Shown here piece after piece: positions 18,627 through 28,300 of a stretch of 64,000 bases of DNA. The DNA lies in IMG/VR virus record IMGVR_UViG_3300014204_000185, positions 2,896-66,895 of that record. One strand, 5' to 3'. Within the stretch, counting starts at the first letter, position 1. The number at the start of each line of letters is the position of its first letter. This DNA is from a virus. Taxonomy: Duplodnaviria > Caudoviricetes. A program made the translations under genes and the position numbers. Below the pieces are notes generated by a model. It worked only from the letters and a program-made list of their open reading frames with translations. It was not told the DNA's origin and searched no databases.

Positions 18627-20645
18627 ATGAAGGTCGGAATCTGCGCGATAATCAAGGATTGCTACACACCATACTTATTTGAATGGTTGAAGTATCACCG
18701 TTCGATAGGGGTGGATTACTTTTTCATTTACGACAATGAAAGTGAAGTCCCTATTGCTGAGATCGTGAAAGACCTTCCCTTTGTGAAGGACATTCACGTT
18801 GAAATCATTACGGGCCAGATCAAACAAATCCCCGCCTATCACAAGTGCCTTGCGGACATCAAAAGTGGTGTCCTTCCCGCCTGTGACCGAGTAGCCTTCA
18901 TTGACGATGATGAATTTATCGTCTGCGAAAATGGGGACATCAAGGCGACATTGGAAGAGTTCAAAGAATTTTCTGGGCTCGGAATCAGTTGGAGAGTCTT
19001 TGGATCGTCGGGGCTTAAAGATAAGACCCCGGATGGCCAACTAACGAAGTTCACACAGCATACTACACCCGACTTCCCGCCGAACCGGCATATCAAGAGC
19101 ATCGTGAATCCGTTCTTGGCCGAGGGGACAGCCGGGAATCCGCATTCCTTCGTCTATTCTAAAGGCAACTGCGTCAACGTCAATAAGGAAGTGGTTGAAA
19201 ACGCCTTCACCGAGCCGATCTATAATAAGATTTGGCTGAATCATTACTTCACGAGAAGCCTTGAAGAATGGGAAGAGAAGACGGCACGGGGAAGATCTGA
19301 CTTGGCCGCTACCAGAAGCCTTTCGGAATTTTACGATGTTGACTTTAACTGTTCGGGAAAGGTGAACAAGATTCATTTGGTCATTCCTTTTTACCGCCAA
19401 GAGAATAGGGATAAGCTCATTGAGGCTTACCGGCCAATGAATGTGATCTTGCATCCGATTATGTTTGCGGATGAGGTTCAGGATTTTAGTCGGGGAGGTT
19501 ATCAGATAGAACCTATAATTATTGAAATGGAATCCTCCCAATGCGCAGCGGAAAGAATTGAATGCTACAAGCGGAACTTTTTCATTAAGTTCAGCAACAT
19601 TATTGACGATGATTACTATGTCACCGTTGACGATGACGATATGTACGAGCCGAACGTCTTTGATGAGATTCGGAAGATGAACGACGACATTGTAATTATC
19701 TCCATGAAGAGAGGCTATCAGATACCTAAAGGCATAGTCCCTGAGCGGATGTACCGAACATCAACCCTTATCGCACATCCGGACAATGTCGAGATAACCA
19801 AAATCTCCGGCCAGCAGTCTTTTGTGAAGGGGAAGATTTTCAAAGAACATACTTTCAATGAAAACTTTATGGCATGGGATGGTGAAATGGCGGTTCACCA
19901 CAAAGAATCGGGTGAACAAATCGCTTACAGACCCGACCTGTTCGCGCTGTTCAATTACCTTGAACCGGGAAGATGGGAGAAATCTAAGGTTGCCTTTGGG
20001 GTGATGGTAAATGATCCACAGAGACTCGATATGGTCTTCAGCAGATCTCATCTTGAAGGGCAGGCCTACTTAGTCAAGGAGCCCGAATCGGCTACTAAGG
20101 GACTCAATAAACTTCTCGATATGATGGAAGCGGACGGGGCAGAAGTGGGCGTCTTGTGTCACCAGGACATGTTTTTTCGCAGTGGGTGGGTGGATCAGCT
20201 TCAAAACCAGATTAAGTTGCTCCCGGAAAGTTGGGTGGTTTGTGGGCCGATTGGTAAGGACATGGAGGGTAGGGTTTGCGGGAAGTTTCACGACATGAGA
20301 ATCCCGGATGTCTTCAATACGTCCGACATTCACACCTTCCCGCATCCGGCGAGTTGCTTTGATGAATGCTGCATCATCGTCAATATGAAAAAGAAGTTCC
20401 GGTTTGACGAGGAAATGAAAAACTTCGACCTATACGGTACGCTTTGCGTCCTCCAGGCATGGGCGCAAGGGGGAACAGCGTGGATCATTGATGCTTTTTG
20501 TGAGCATTTTATCACGCGCAGCTTCCAATGGTTCCCCTCGGAAGAGTTCCAGAAAAACTACAAGTGGCTTTACGATAAATATCACCACTTAGGACGAGTT
20601 GATTCAACGGCAATAGGCACAGTTAAGGAGGACGAAGCGGCGTAA
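18627..20645 (+). CDS. multidomain glycosyltransferase (about three GT-A-like domains)
   Basis: ICAIIKD..YLFEW..YH...YDNES, FIDDDE, WRVFGSSG, KSIVNP, LNHYFTRS; second LVIPFYR/VDDDD; third LCHQD, FDECC, FDLYG. Confidence 0.82.
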   Translation: MKVGICAIIKDCYTPYLFEWLKYHRSIGVDYFFIYDNESEVPIAEIVKDLPFVKDIHVEIITGQIKQIPAYHKCLADIKSGVLPACDRVAFIDDDEFIVCENGDIKATLEEFKEFSGLGISWRVFGSSGLKDKTPDGQLTKFTQHTTPDFPPNRHIKSIVNPFLAEGTAGNPHSFVYSKGNCVNVNKEVVENAFTEPIYNKIWLNHYFTRSLEEWEEKTARGRSDLAATRSLSEFYDVDFNCSGKVNKIHLVIPFYRQENRDKLIEAYRPMNVILHPIMFADEVQDFSRGGYQIEPIIIEMESSQCAAERIECYKRNFFIKFSNIIDDDYYVTVDDDDMYEPNVFDEIRKMNDDIVIISMKRGYQIPKGIVPERMYRTSTLIAHPDNVEITKISGQQSFVKGKIFKEHTFNENFMAWDGEMAVHHKESGEQIAYRPDLFALFNYLEPGRWEKSKVAFGVMVNDPQRLDMVFSRSHLEGQAYLVKEPESATKGLNKLLDMMEADGAEVGVLCHQDMFFRSGWVDQLQNQIKLLPESWVVCGPIGKDMEGRVCGKFHDMRIPDVFNTSDIHTFPHPASCFDECCIIVNMKKKFRFDEEMKNFDLYGTLCVLQAWAQGGTAWIIDAFCEHFITRSFQWFPSEEFQKNYKWLYDKYHHLGRVDSTAIGTVKEDEAA

Positions 20646-20758
20646 TTAAAAATCGGGGTTCCCCGGCGGACTGATCATCCAATGGGGGCGTAAGAGTATT
20701 TAATGGCAGGCCGGATAGGGCTATCCCTCTATCTGCGCCTGCCATTTTTTATTGCCCC
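20643..20758 (+). ncRNA. structured leader upstream of tail-tube gene (copy B)
   Basis: homologous to 7457-7570 with compensatory stem changes. Confidence 0.6.
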
Positions 20759-20800
20759 GACCAAACAAACAACCATGTAGCTACATAGGAGGAAAGGGAA

Positions 20801-21229
20801 ATGAAGAAAACTGGCGTAGGCGGAAAGGTGATGTACGGCAGCATCGTGGTTGCCGAACAGGTGGCGTGGTCGATGAGCGGGTTTAGTCAACCGCTAACTT
20901 CGGCCCCTACTGCGTTTGGTGACACGGGGGTTAAGACTTACGAAATCGCGGAGCTTGGTGAAGGCGGGACTATTGAGTTCAACGGGACTTACGATCCTTC
21001 GGATGCAAGTGGGCAGTTGGCCCTCGATTCTTGCGCCGAAGTAGGACACCACCTGACGAATCTCTATTTCTACTTCGCTCCCGCTACCTACTGGGCGGTG
21101 GGTTCGGGCGGATACATCATCCTGACGAAAGCGAAGGCTCCGAACGTGACGAGAAGCGGCTATCCGACCATCGCATACTCTGGACAGGTTTCCACGGCGG
21201 CGATGGCTCAGACCGGAACCGGGTCTTAA
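20801..21229 (+). CDS. major tail (tube) protein
   Basis: GGAGG RBS; WSMSG...TAFGD...EGGTIEFNGTYDP; position before chaperone and tape measure. Confidence 0.8.
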   Translation: MKKTGVGGKVMYGSIVVAEQVAWSMSGFSQPLTSAPTAFGDTGVKTYEIAELGEGGTIEFNGTYDPSDASGQLALDSCAEVGHHLTNLYFYFAPATYWAVGSGGYIILTKAKAPNVTRSGYPTIAYSGQVSTAAMAQTGTGS

Positions 21230-21322
21230 TTGCACGAATTGAGTTAATTCCTGAAAACACGGCTCCTGTGCAATACCGCACGGGAGCCCTAACCGCCCTT
21301 GATTTGGCAGAAAGGTTTTAGA

Positions 21323-21829
21323 ATGAGCTTCGATATTGAAAAGATTGGTAGTGGGGAATGGTTTCCGTTTATGGATTCCAAGATCGGTGAAAATGGTGAA
21401 GTTGAATGGCTTCCAGTTGATCCAGAATGTGACGAAAAGGTCTGTTTCAGACAGTTGGGTCCGGATAGATACCGCGAGATCCACGACAAGTACAAGGGCA
21501 AAAAGACAAACATCCCAGTCCAAAACCCAACATCAAGAGGGATGGAGGTCGTTCCGCAATATGAGCAGACCCCGGCACAGGAAAAAGCGGAACGGATGGC
21601 ATTTTGGGATGAGCAGATTGTTGACTGGAACATCACGACCCCGGACGGGAAACCTATCCCCTGCACGGCTGAAACGAAATACAAACTCATTACCGGAGAA
21701 TCGAGATTCCTCCGTTATGCTAATAAGTGCATTCAGTTGATGTCCGGCACAAAGACAGACGAGGACAAAGAAAAAACAAAAAACTTATCGACTACGTCGA
21801 GTTTGTCGATGAATGCAAACCCGGCGTAG
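21323..21829 (+). CDS. tail assembly chaperone (gpG-like)
   Basis: position; IVDWNI motif; overlapped by -1 frame ORF. Confidence 0.75.
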   Translation: MSFDIEKIGSGEWFPFMDSKIGENGEVEWLPVDPECDEKVCFRQLGPDRYREIHDKYKGKKTNIPVQNPTSRGMEVVPQYEQTPAQEKAERMAFWDEQIVDWNITTPDGKPIPCTAETKYKLITGESRFLRYANKCIQLMSGTKTDEDKEKTKNLSTTSSLSMNANPA

Positions 21830-22179
21830 AGGGTGGAGCTTGCGACTTTTGCCAACGCAAGAGCGCAGAAAGGACACCTCCCGGAGAGCCGGTCGTCGTT
21901 AGGAACGCTAAGGGCGAACTGTGCGAATCCTGCCGGGTGGAACTGGTGGCAGAGAATAGAGATGCCAAGGACATATATTTCAGGGTCCGGCATCAAACAA
22001 TAGACGCGTTGCATATCGAATCAACAATGGGTGGATCGGTTGCGTACAGCAAGCCAAAAGACATCAACCATCTTGCGGTGTGGGCGATGATCGACGCTTA
22101 CGGGATCAAAGATAGGTTGGGTACGTTCGATAAGATCGTAAGAGTTTGGCACGAGATCAGGGCGAACGAAGAGGATTGA
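21778..22179 (+). CDS. tail chaperone -1 frameshift extension (gpGT-like)
   Basis: in-frame A AAA AAC slippery heptamer at 21778-21784 leading into ...KKLIDYVEF... frame. Confidence 0.7.
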   Translation, partial: KKLIDYVEFVDECKPGVEGGACDFCQRKSAERTPPGEPVVVRNAKGELCESCRVELVAENRDAKDIYFRVRHQTIDALHIESTMGGSVAYSKPKDINHLAVWAMIDAYGIKDRLGTFDKIVRVWHEIRANEED

Positions 22180-22182
22180 GCG

Positions 22183-22641
22183 GTGGCCGTTAAATTTGAA
22201 CTCGATTTGTCGAAATATGACGCTGAGTTTTTTAATGACGCTCTTGATCGGGTCGAATCCGCCGCTGATGTTATCCGGAATAGGGCGAAGGTGAAACTGA
22301 AGGCCAGCATTGCTGCTGCGGCTAAAGGTGGAAGTTCTCTTGCCGGTGAACGGTGGAAGGAACACGGGCCATACAAGACAGGCAACACGGCATCATGGAC
22401 GGCTCGGTATCACAAAGAAATGGTGAACACCATAAGGACCGTTCGATCACACAATCCGGCAGTAAAAAATATATGGGTGATGGCGGGTGCGGATGATCCG
22501 TGGTGGGCAATCCAGCTGGAATACGGACATGGCGGATGGAAGGGCGGAGCGAAACCGTTCTTCCGTCCAGCCATAAACGAGTCTCTTGGAGAAGTTGCCT
22601 CTATTTGTGAAAACGGCGGTGGGCCGAGAGGAGCTAAATAA
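22183..22641 (+). CDS. HK97 gp10-like tail component
   Basis: WWAIQLEYG, AKPFFRPAI. Confidence 0.75.
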   Translation: MAVKFELDLSKYDAEFFNDALDRVESAADVIRNRAKVKLKASIAAAAKGGSSLAGERWKEHGPYKTGNTASWTARYHKEMVNTIRTVRSHNPAVKNIWVMAGADDPWWAIQLEYGHGGWKGGAKPFFRPAINESLGEVASICENGGGPRGAK

Positions 22642-25600
22642 TGGCAGCGAAACCTGTCGGAAAAATGGTCGTGTCTCTTGATTTGGAGACTGCCGCTTAT
22701 ACCAAGGCTCAAAAAAAGATACTCTCCGAATCAAAGGAAGCCGCAAATACCATTAATGGTAACTTCCAGCGGCTGGGAGTTACTTCTGATGAAATATACA
22801 CCGCAATGGCAACGCGGGCAGAATTAGCTTTTCGCAAGATTGGCCTCTCCGCGAAAGCGTCACTTGCGGAAGTCGAAAGATCATACGCAGCGATGGTTGT
22901 TACGACTAACACCGCGAAACAGCAGATGGCCAATAACCCGCTTTTTACATCGTTGGGCATCCGTTCTATCGCTGCGATTGAAGCGCAGAAAGCAGCGGTA
23001 ATTGCTACATTTGAAGCTATAAAGACTATCGGTTTTAAAAACGATCAGGAACGTATTAATGCCACACGTGCTTACAATGCCAAGCTCAAAGAGTTGAACA
23101 AGGAAATGACCGGCGACCATGAGATGTCTATGGCGTCGATGACAAGGGCGGTGCTGAGGTTCTATGCGGCGTGGTACGTTGCGTCTGCTGGTGTGGGCGT
23201 TATTAAGAATTTATTCATGGGCGGCGTACAGTCCATAGACGACATGAAAACAAACGTTATTGCGGTAGCTGCTCAAATCACGTCGATGCAGGGGACGACG
23301 GGGAATGTAGCAGAGAACTATCGAAAGAACGTGGAGTATGCAAAAGCGTTAGTTCCTATATTGATGCAGGTCGATGCTGTTTCTTTCGCTAATTTCCAGC
23401 AAATCAGTTTGATGAATAGAGCCGCTGTTAATCATGGTGTCATACTCAATACCAACAACAAAAAGCAAATAGAGGGATTCACTGCCGTAACGAATGCGGT
23501 TACCCTTTTGACCACAGGACAGAACAAGGAAATCCAAGCGTCACAGGAAATCAACGCCCTTGTTACCGGAAGAATTAGATCGACCGACATGGTGGCAATG
23601 TCCATTGACGGAATTATTAAAAACGAAGGTAAATATAAGGGCGGACTTGAGGAAATTGTCAAACTTAGCAAGGAGCATAATGACCTATGGGAACGTCTTG
23701 CACCCTATATGGTTGGTATCACGGCTGCATCTGCCGATATTAGTACGACGTGGCAGGCCGTCAGTGCTTCAATGGAAACCACATGGGGGATTCTGCAACG
23801 CGGATTGTTTAAGAGTTTCTATAAAGAATTGACACAAGACGGGGCCGAAGCCAACAAGTGGCTCAAGAAGAACGCAGACGACATAGTTAAATCCGTTGAA
23901 ACCATAGCGAACGGAATCAAATACTCGCTTGAGATGGCCGCAGGTTTTGCTGCCGTAGTTGCGCTAACGGCGGCGTGGACCGCACTTTCGGCGGCGTGGG
24001 CGGCGGGAACCCTTATCTTAAAACTTAATTCAGCCGCATTGACGGCGTGGAATTATATCGTGGGTGGTCCGTCCGTTCTTGCCGTCAAGACATTAGGCGC
24101 GGCAATGAAAGCGGCTGCGGGCGTGGCGGTGGCTTTTTTTGCTGGTTGGGAAATAGGCACGCTTCTGAACAAGTTTGAATCCGTCCGTAAGTTCGGCGTG
24201 GATATGGTCTATGGAATAATGGACTACTGGGCCTTATTTGTTAAGGGGGTTAAGCAGGATTGGGAACTCATTGCCTATATCGCAAAAATGGCAAAGGCCA
24301 CATTCACGAAAGAAAAATATGCGGACGTTACGGCTGAGTTTACGGCGAGAGTTACAGCTATCCAAACTCAGTACGACAAGGAAAAGGCCGTTCGTGACCA
24401 GTATCACAAGGACCAGTTAAAGGATGTAACGGATCAGGCAATTAGAGAAGCTAAGGCAAAAGCAGATGCGACAAAAAATACCGCGCCTCCCCCACCTCCG
24501 GGCGGGAACCCACCGCCGGACGAGGTGAAGGATTCCGTCAAAGACCACATGGAAATCCTCCGCGCAAAAATGCAGGCGGATAAGGCTTATTACGATGAAG
24601 TCGTAAAGAGCGCAGAACAAGCCGCAAAGTTATCTCAACGCGCCGGACAGGACGAATATAAGACAATTCAGACGCTTTATGACGCCAAGAGATCTGCGTT
24701 GCTGAGATACCGTATTGTCGAGATCGAAAACGCAGAAGCACAGGTAAAGTTAGAATCAGATGCGGCTAAAATCTCAAAGGATGGAGTCGCCAAGCGATAT
24801 GATGAGGAGGCGGTTCTTTCTGCAAAGATACAAAAGATCAACGCGACAACCATCAAAGGAATTAACGAGAACGAAGGATCGCGCGCCATAGCCGTCGAGG
24901 ACGCAAATCAGAAGACTTTGGCGACAATGGCAAATCTCTATAAGACCATCGGTGATTACTCAAAAGCATCTCTCGACACCCAAATAGAACAAATCAAAGA
25001 AAAGTATAAAAACGATGGGCGGTACGCGAAAGCCACGGCAGAGCAACGTATCGTTCTTGAAAAGGCGATGGCTACGGAGATTTTCAATCTCCGCAATGAG
25101 GCCGAGCGAAAAGTTTACGACATGCAACTCTCCTACTTGCGGGACATGGGGCAGGAATACTCGGATACCTATCGGGAAATAGCCATCCTGAAGATTAAGA
25201 ACGAAGCTGACGCTCTGGAAAGAGAATTTCAAAATGCGGCGGGTGGTGGTGGGCAGACGCAGGCCCAGCAGGATCAGTTAAGGGCAGAACAGGACTTAAC
25301 CCTAAGCCTATTAACGGAATGGGAAGAACGGCTCATAGCTTATGCAAACTACCTATCCGCAATGGGAGATAAGGAAGGAAACAAAAAAGCAGCAGACGCC
25401 GCCACGGAAATGTCGCGCAAGAAGATTGAACTTCAGGATAGAGTTACGCAGCACGCGCTTGCGGCGCAACAGAAGATATTCGATAAAACAGAGTATATTA
25501 ACAAGAAAATATTAGACTCCGATACGAAGGCTTTTATAGAAAGAAACGAGAAGATTAGTACCGGAATTCAGTCTATGGAGACCGCCTTTACCGCCATTAG

Positions 25601-27896
25601 CAGCATGTATGCCGAGGGTTCGTCTGAACACGAGAAATGGACAGAAGCGGCGAAGGCGATGATGGTCGCACAGAAAGCAATCGCCGTAGTGAATGCGGTT
25701 GCGGCTGTTGCGGCAGCTTCGGCGGCTCCGTTCCCGGCTGGATTTGTTGCCGGTGCGGCGATGCTGGCTTCTATGGTGTCGCTGTTGGGCTCTATCGGTA
25801 CATCTATCGGCGGTGGTGGAGAATCTATTTCTGCATCCTCCGCGGCCTACGGTCAAAGCACGACCGTCCTTGGCGGTGCAAACGGTCAGGCATCCGAGTC
25901 GATCACGAAGTCATGGGAGTTGATGCAGGACACCTATGACATGGAATACCGGGAACTGTCGGGCATCTACGATCAGATGAAAAACTTGAACCAGAACATC
26001 ACGGGGCTGGTTAATTCGATTATCAGGACGGGCGGGGTAAGTGTCGCTGGTGTTACAGTCGGAGATAGTATCGGTTTTGCCGAAAAGAATGCCCGAAGCT
26101 ACATCAACGATGACTTGGGGATTTTATCCAAATTCGGTAACTTTGCTAACCAACCAGTGGTGGATATTGTCAATGCTATTTTCGGTGGAGGCTCAAAGTC
26201 GTGGGCATCAAATACGGGCATCAATACAGGGGCTACTTCAATATCGGATCTTATTTCCGGAAAAGGTGTTGGTGCACAGGCATACACTACGGTAACCACT
26301 GAACATGATGGCGGCTGGTTCTCTGATAATTGGACTTCGCGTGAAACTATTTACGGAAAACTCGACAGGAACGTCACCGAGATGATGGACAAGGTGTTCA
26401 CCAATATGGGGCAGACCATTGTTTCGTTGGCTGAGGGGTTGGGAACAGATATTAATGCGGCCCTGAGTTATACCTTTGCCACTGAATGGATTGACCTTCA
26501 AGGACTGGACGCCGACGGAATTAGCAAGAAACTTAATGAGGTATTTTCGGCCATCGGAGATAACGCCGTAGAGGCCCTCTTTGGTGAGGTACTTCGCGGC
26601 TATCAAGAGATCGGCGAAGGTCTCATGGAGACGGCTACCAGACTCCTGATTGACAAGGCCGTTGTCATTGACACGCTAACCATGACGGGTCAAGCGTTTG
26701 TGGGCACCATCCCCCAAGTCATTGCGTTTTCCGAAGCCCTGATCAAGATGGCTGGGGATCTTGAAACACTTAGAGGCTACGCCGAAACCTATTACGATAA
26801 GTTTTATTCAGACACCGAAAAACAGGCCGGGATTCAGAAACACCTTACCGATGTCATGGCGATGATGAACCTTGTTCTTCCTGAGACTCGCGCAGGATAC
26901 CGTGACCTCGTTGAAGCAATCGACATGACCAAAGAGTCCGGTCAAGAGGCTTATGTAACCCTTCTTCAGGCATCCGAGATGGCCGATGAATACTACACTG
27001 CCCTTGAAGAGGCTACCGGTGCGAATCAGGACTTCGTTGATTCGCTGAAGGACATCACTACGACCATCAAAGAATGGTTGGATAACTTAAGCCTGTCTAA
27101 TCTGGCCCCGGTTCAATCGGCGGCTGAGTGGAATCGGCAATACATGGCACAGAAAGCTACGGCTTCGGGTGCTAACGCGACCACTGAAAATGTATCCGAC
27201 TACTTGAACTTTGCTACCAAGTATCTTGAGTTTCAGAAGGCATACGGTACTACCCAGAGCTACCAAGCTATTTACGATGCGGTTGTGAGTGATGTTACCG
27301 GAGTGGGTGCGGGGAAGAATGCGGCTCTCGACATCGCCCAAAAGCAACTTGACGCTCTCAATGTCATTGCGGCGAACACGGCTGTATCGGATGCGTATGC
27401 GGCACAGATGGCCCCCTACAATGCGGCTATTAAGGCGAATCAGGTTGCCCTCACGACGATCTACAAGGACTTCTTGAAGGAGAATCCGGCAGACCAATGG
27501 GCAACGAGCGCTACCGGAAAGGCGGCATGGGCGGCGTACACTACGGCTAACTCTGCGGCGCAGTCACTACTAAACAGCATCTTCATCCTGCCTCCGGAGG
27601 TACACGATGTTGGTGGATTTACAAATGGTTTGGAAGTGGTCGGTGGAAAAGGCACAGAGTTGATTGTTCCGACCTACAACCCACAGAACAAATCCTTCCT
27701 GAAAACTGTTGGCGCTGATCCGGAAACTCTCGGTGCGGCGATAGGCAAGTACCTTCAGTCTTCAAACGGCGGGTCCGGCGAAGCGACTATCCACAACCAC
27801 ATCTACATTGACGGAAAAGAAATCAGGTACGTTGTGACAAGAGGATTTAAGACGGATGAAGATATGATTGCATCTGCACGTAAGGCGGTGAACTAA
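22641..27896 (+). CDS. tape measure protein
   Basis: 1751 aa, Ala-rich helical; VGKMVVSLDLET start; after chaperone genes. Confidence 0.92.
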   Translation: MAAKPVGKMVVSLDLETAAYTKAQKKILSESKEAANTINGNFQRLGVTSDEIYTAMATRAELAFRKIGLSAKASLAEVERSYAAMVVTTNTAKQQMANNPLFTSLGIRSIAAIEAQKAAVIATFEAIKTIGFKNDQERINATRAYNAKLKELNKEMTGDHEMSMASMTRAVLRFYAAWYVASAGVGVIKNLFMGGVQSIDDMKTNVIAVAAQITSMQGTTGNVAENYRKNVEYAKALVPILMQVDAVSFANFQQISLMNRAAVNHGVILNTNNKKQIEGFTAVTNAVTLLTTGQNKEIQASQEINALVTGRIRSTDMVAMSIDGIIKNEGKYKGGLEEIVKLSKEHNDLWERLAPYMVGITAASADISTTWQAVSASMETTWGILQRGLFKSFYKELTQDGAEANKWLKKNADDIVKSVETIANGIKYSLEMAAGFAAVVALTAAWTALSAAWAAGTLILKLNSAALTAWNYIVGGPSVLAVKTLGAAMKAAAGVAVAFFAGWEIGTLLNKFESVRKFGVDMVYGIMDYWALFVKGVKQDWELIAYIAKMAKATFTKEKYADVTAEFTARVTAIQTQYDKEKAVRDQYHKDQLKDVTDQAIREAKAKADATKNTAPPPPPGGNPPPDEVKDSVKDHMEILRAKMQADKAYYDEVVKSAEQAAKLSQRAGQDEYKTIQTLYDAKRSALLRYRIVEIENAEAQVKLESDAAKISKDGVAKRYDEEAVLSAKIQKINATTIKGINENEGSRAIAVEDANQKTLATMANLYKTIGDYSKASLDTQIEQIKEKYKNDGRYAKATAEQRIVLEKAMATEIFNLRNEAERKVYDMQLSYLRDMGQEYSDTYREIAILKIKNEADALEREFQNAAGGGGQTQAQQDQLRAEQDLTLSLLTEWEERLIAYANYLSAMGDKEGNKKAADAATEMSRKKIELQDRVTQHALAAQQKIFDKTEYINKKILDSDTKAFIERNEKISTGIQSMETAFTAISSMYAEGSSEHEKWTEAAKAMMVAQKAIAVVNAVAAVAAASAAPFPAGFVAGAAMLASMVSLLGSIGTSIGGGGESISASSAAYGQSTTVLGGANGQASESITKSWELMQDTYDMEYRELSGIYDQMKNLNQNITGLVNSIIRTGGVSVAGVTVGDSIGFAEKNARSYINDDLGILSKFGNFANQPVVDIVNAIFGGGSKSWASNTGINTGATSISDLISGKGVGAQAYTTVTTEHDGGWFSDNWTSRETIYGKLDRNVTEMMDKVFTNMGQTIVSLAEGLGTDINAALSYTFATEWIDLQGLDADGISKKLNEVFSAIGDNAVEALFGEVLRGYQEIGEGLMETATRLLIDKAVVIDTLTMTGQAFVGTIPQVIAFSEALIKMAGDLETLRGYAETYYDKFYSDTEKQAGIQKHLTDVMAMMNLVLPETRAGYRDLVEAIDMTKESGQEAYVTLLQASEMADEYYTALEEATGANQDFVDSLKDITTTIKEWLDNLSLSNLAPVQSAAEWNRQYMAQKATASGANATTENVSDYLNFATKYLEFQKAYGTTQSYQAIYDAVVSDVTGVGAGKNAALDIAQKQLDALNVIAANTAVSDAYAAQMAPYNAAIKANQVALTTIYKDFLKENPADQWATSATGKAAWAAYTTANSAAQSLLNSIFILPPEVHDVGGFTNGLEVVGGKGTELIVPTYNPQNKSFLKTVGADPETLGAAIGKYLQSSNGGSGEATIHNHIYIDGKEIRYVVTRGFKTDEDMIASARKAVN

Positions 27897-28300
27897 TGGC
27901 GTTTGAAATCTACGACTTCGTTGATGTTGTGACGGCGGATTATGACTACACCCTTACCATTAAAGCGCAAGGCAAGGTCAAGGAAAGCGGTGGTTCTAAT
28001 CAGGTTGTTAATCGGGCCGATAACAACAGCCGGGAAACCATCACACTATCGGACAAGTTGTTTTATATCGAATTTAATCTGAACCAAGTCACGGCCACAG
28101 AATCCGGAACGATGATGGATTTGTATTTCGATGAAGCTAAGGCCCATGAAAAAGCACGTTCGTTTAAGTGGGCGGCTCACGATGGACACACTTATGTTGT
28201 TTACTTCGATTGCACATTTACGCGGGATGGAAACGCTGTAACGAGGTGGGGGCATCCGGGGATTAGATTTGAAGTAAAGGGGAAGATCGCAGATGCTTAG
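27896..28300 (+). CDS. distal tail protein-like
   Basis: small ORF directly after TMP. Confidence 0.6.
   Translation: MAFEIYDFVDVVTADYDYTLTIKAQGKVKESGGSNQVVNRADNNSRETITLSDKLFYIEFNLNQVTATESGTMMDLYFDEAKAHEKARSFKWAAHDGHTYVVYFDCTFTRDGNAVTRWGHPGIRFEVKGKIADA

Noticed and set aside
20894-21523. 209-aa antisense ORF over tail tube and chaperone
   Set aside because: Shadow ORF without RBS or motifs.
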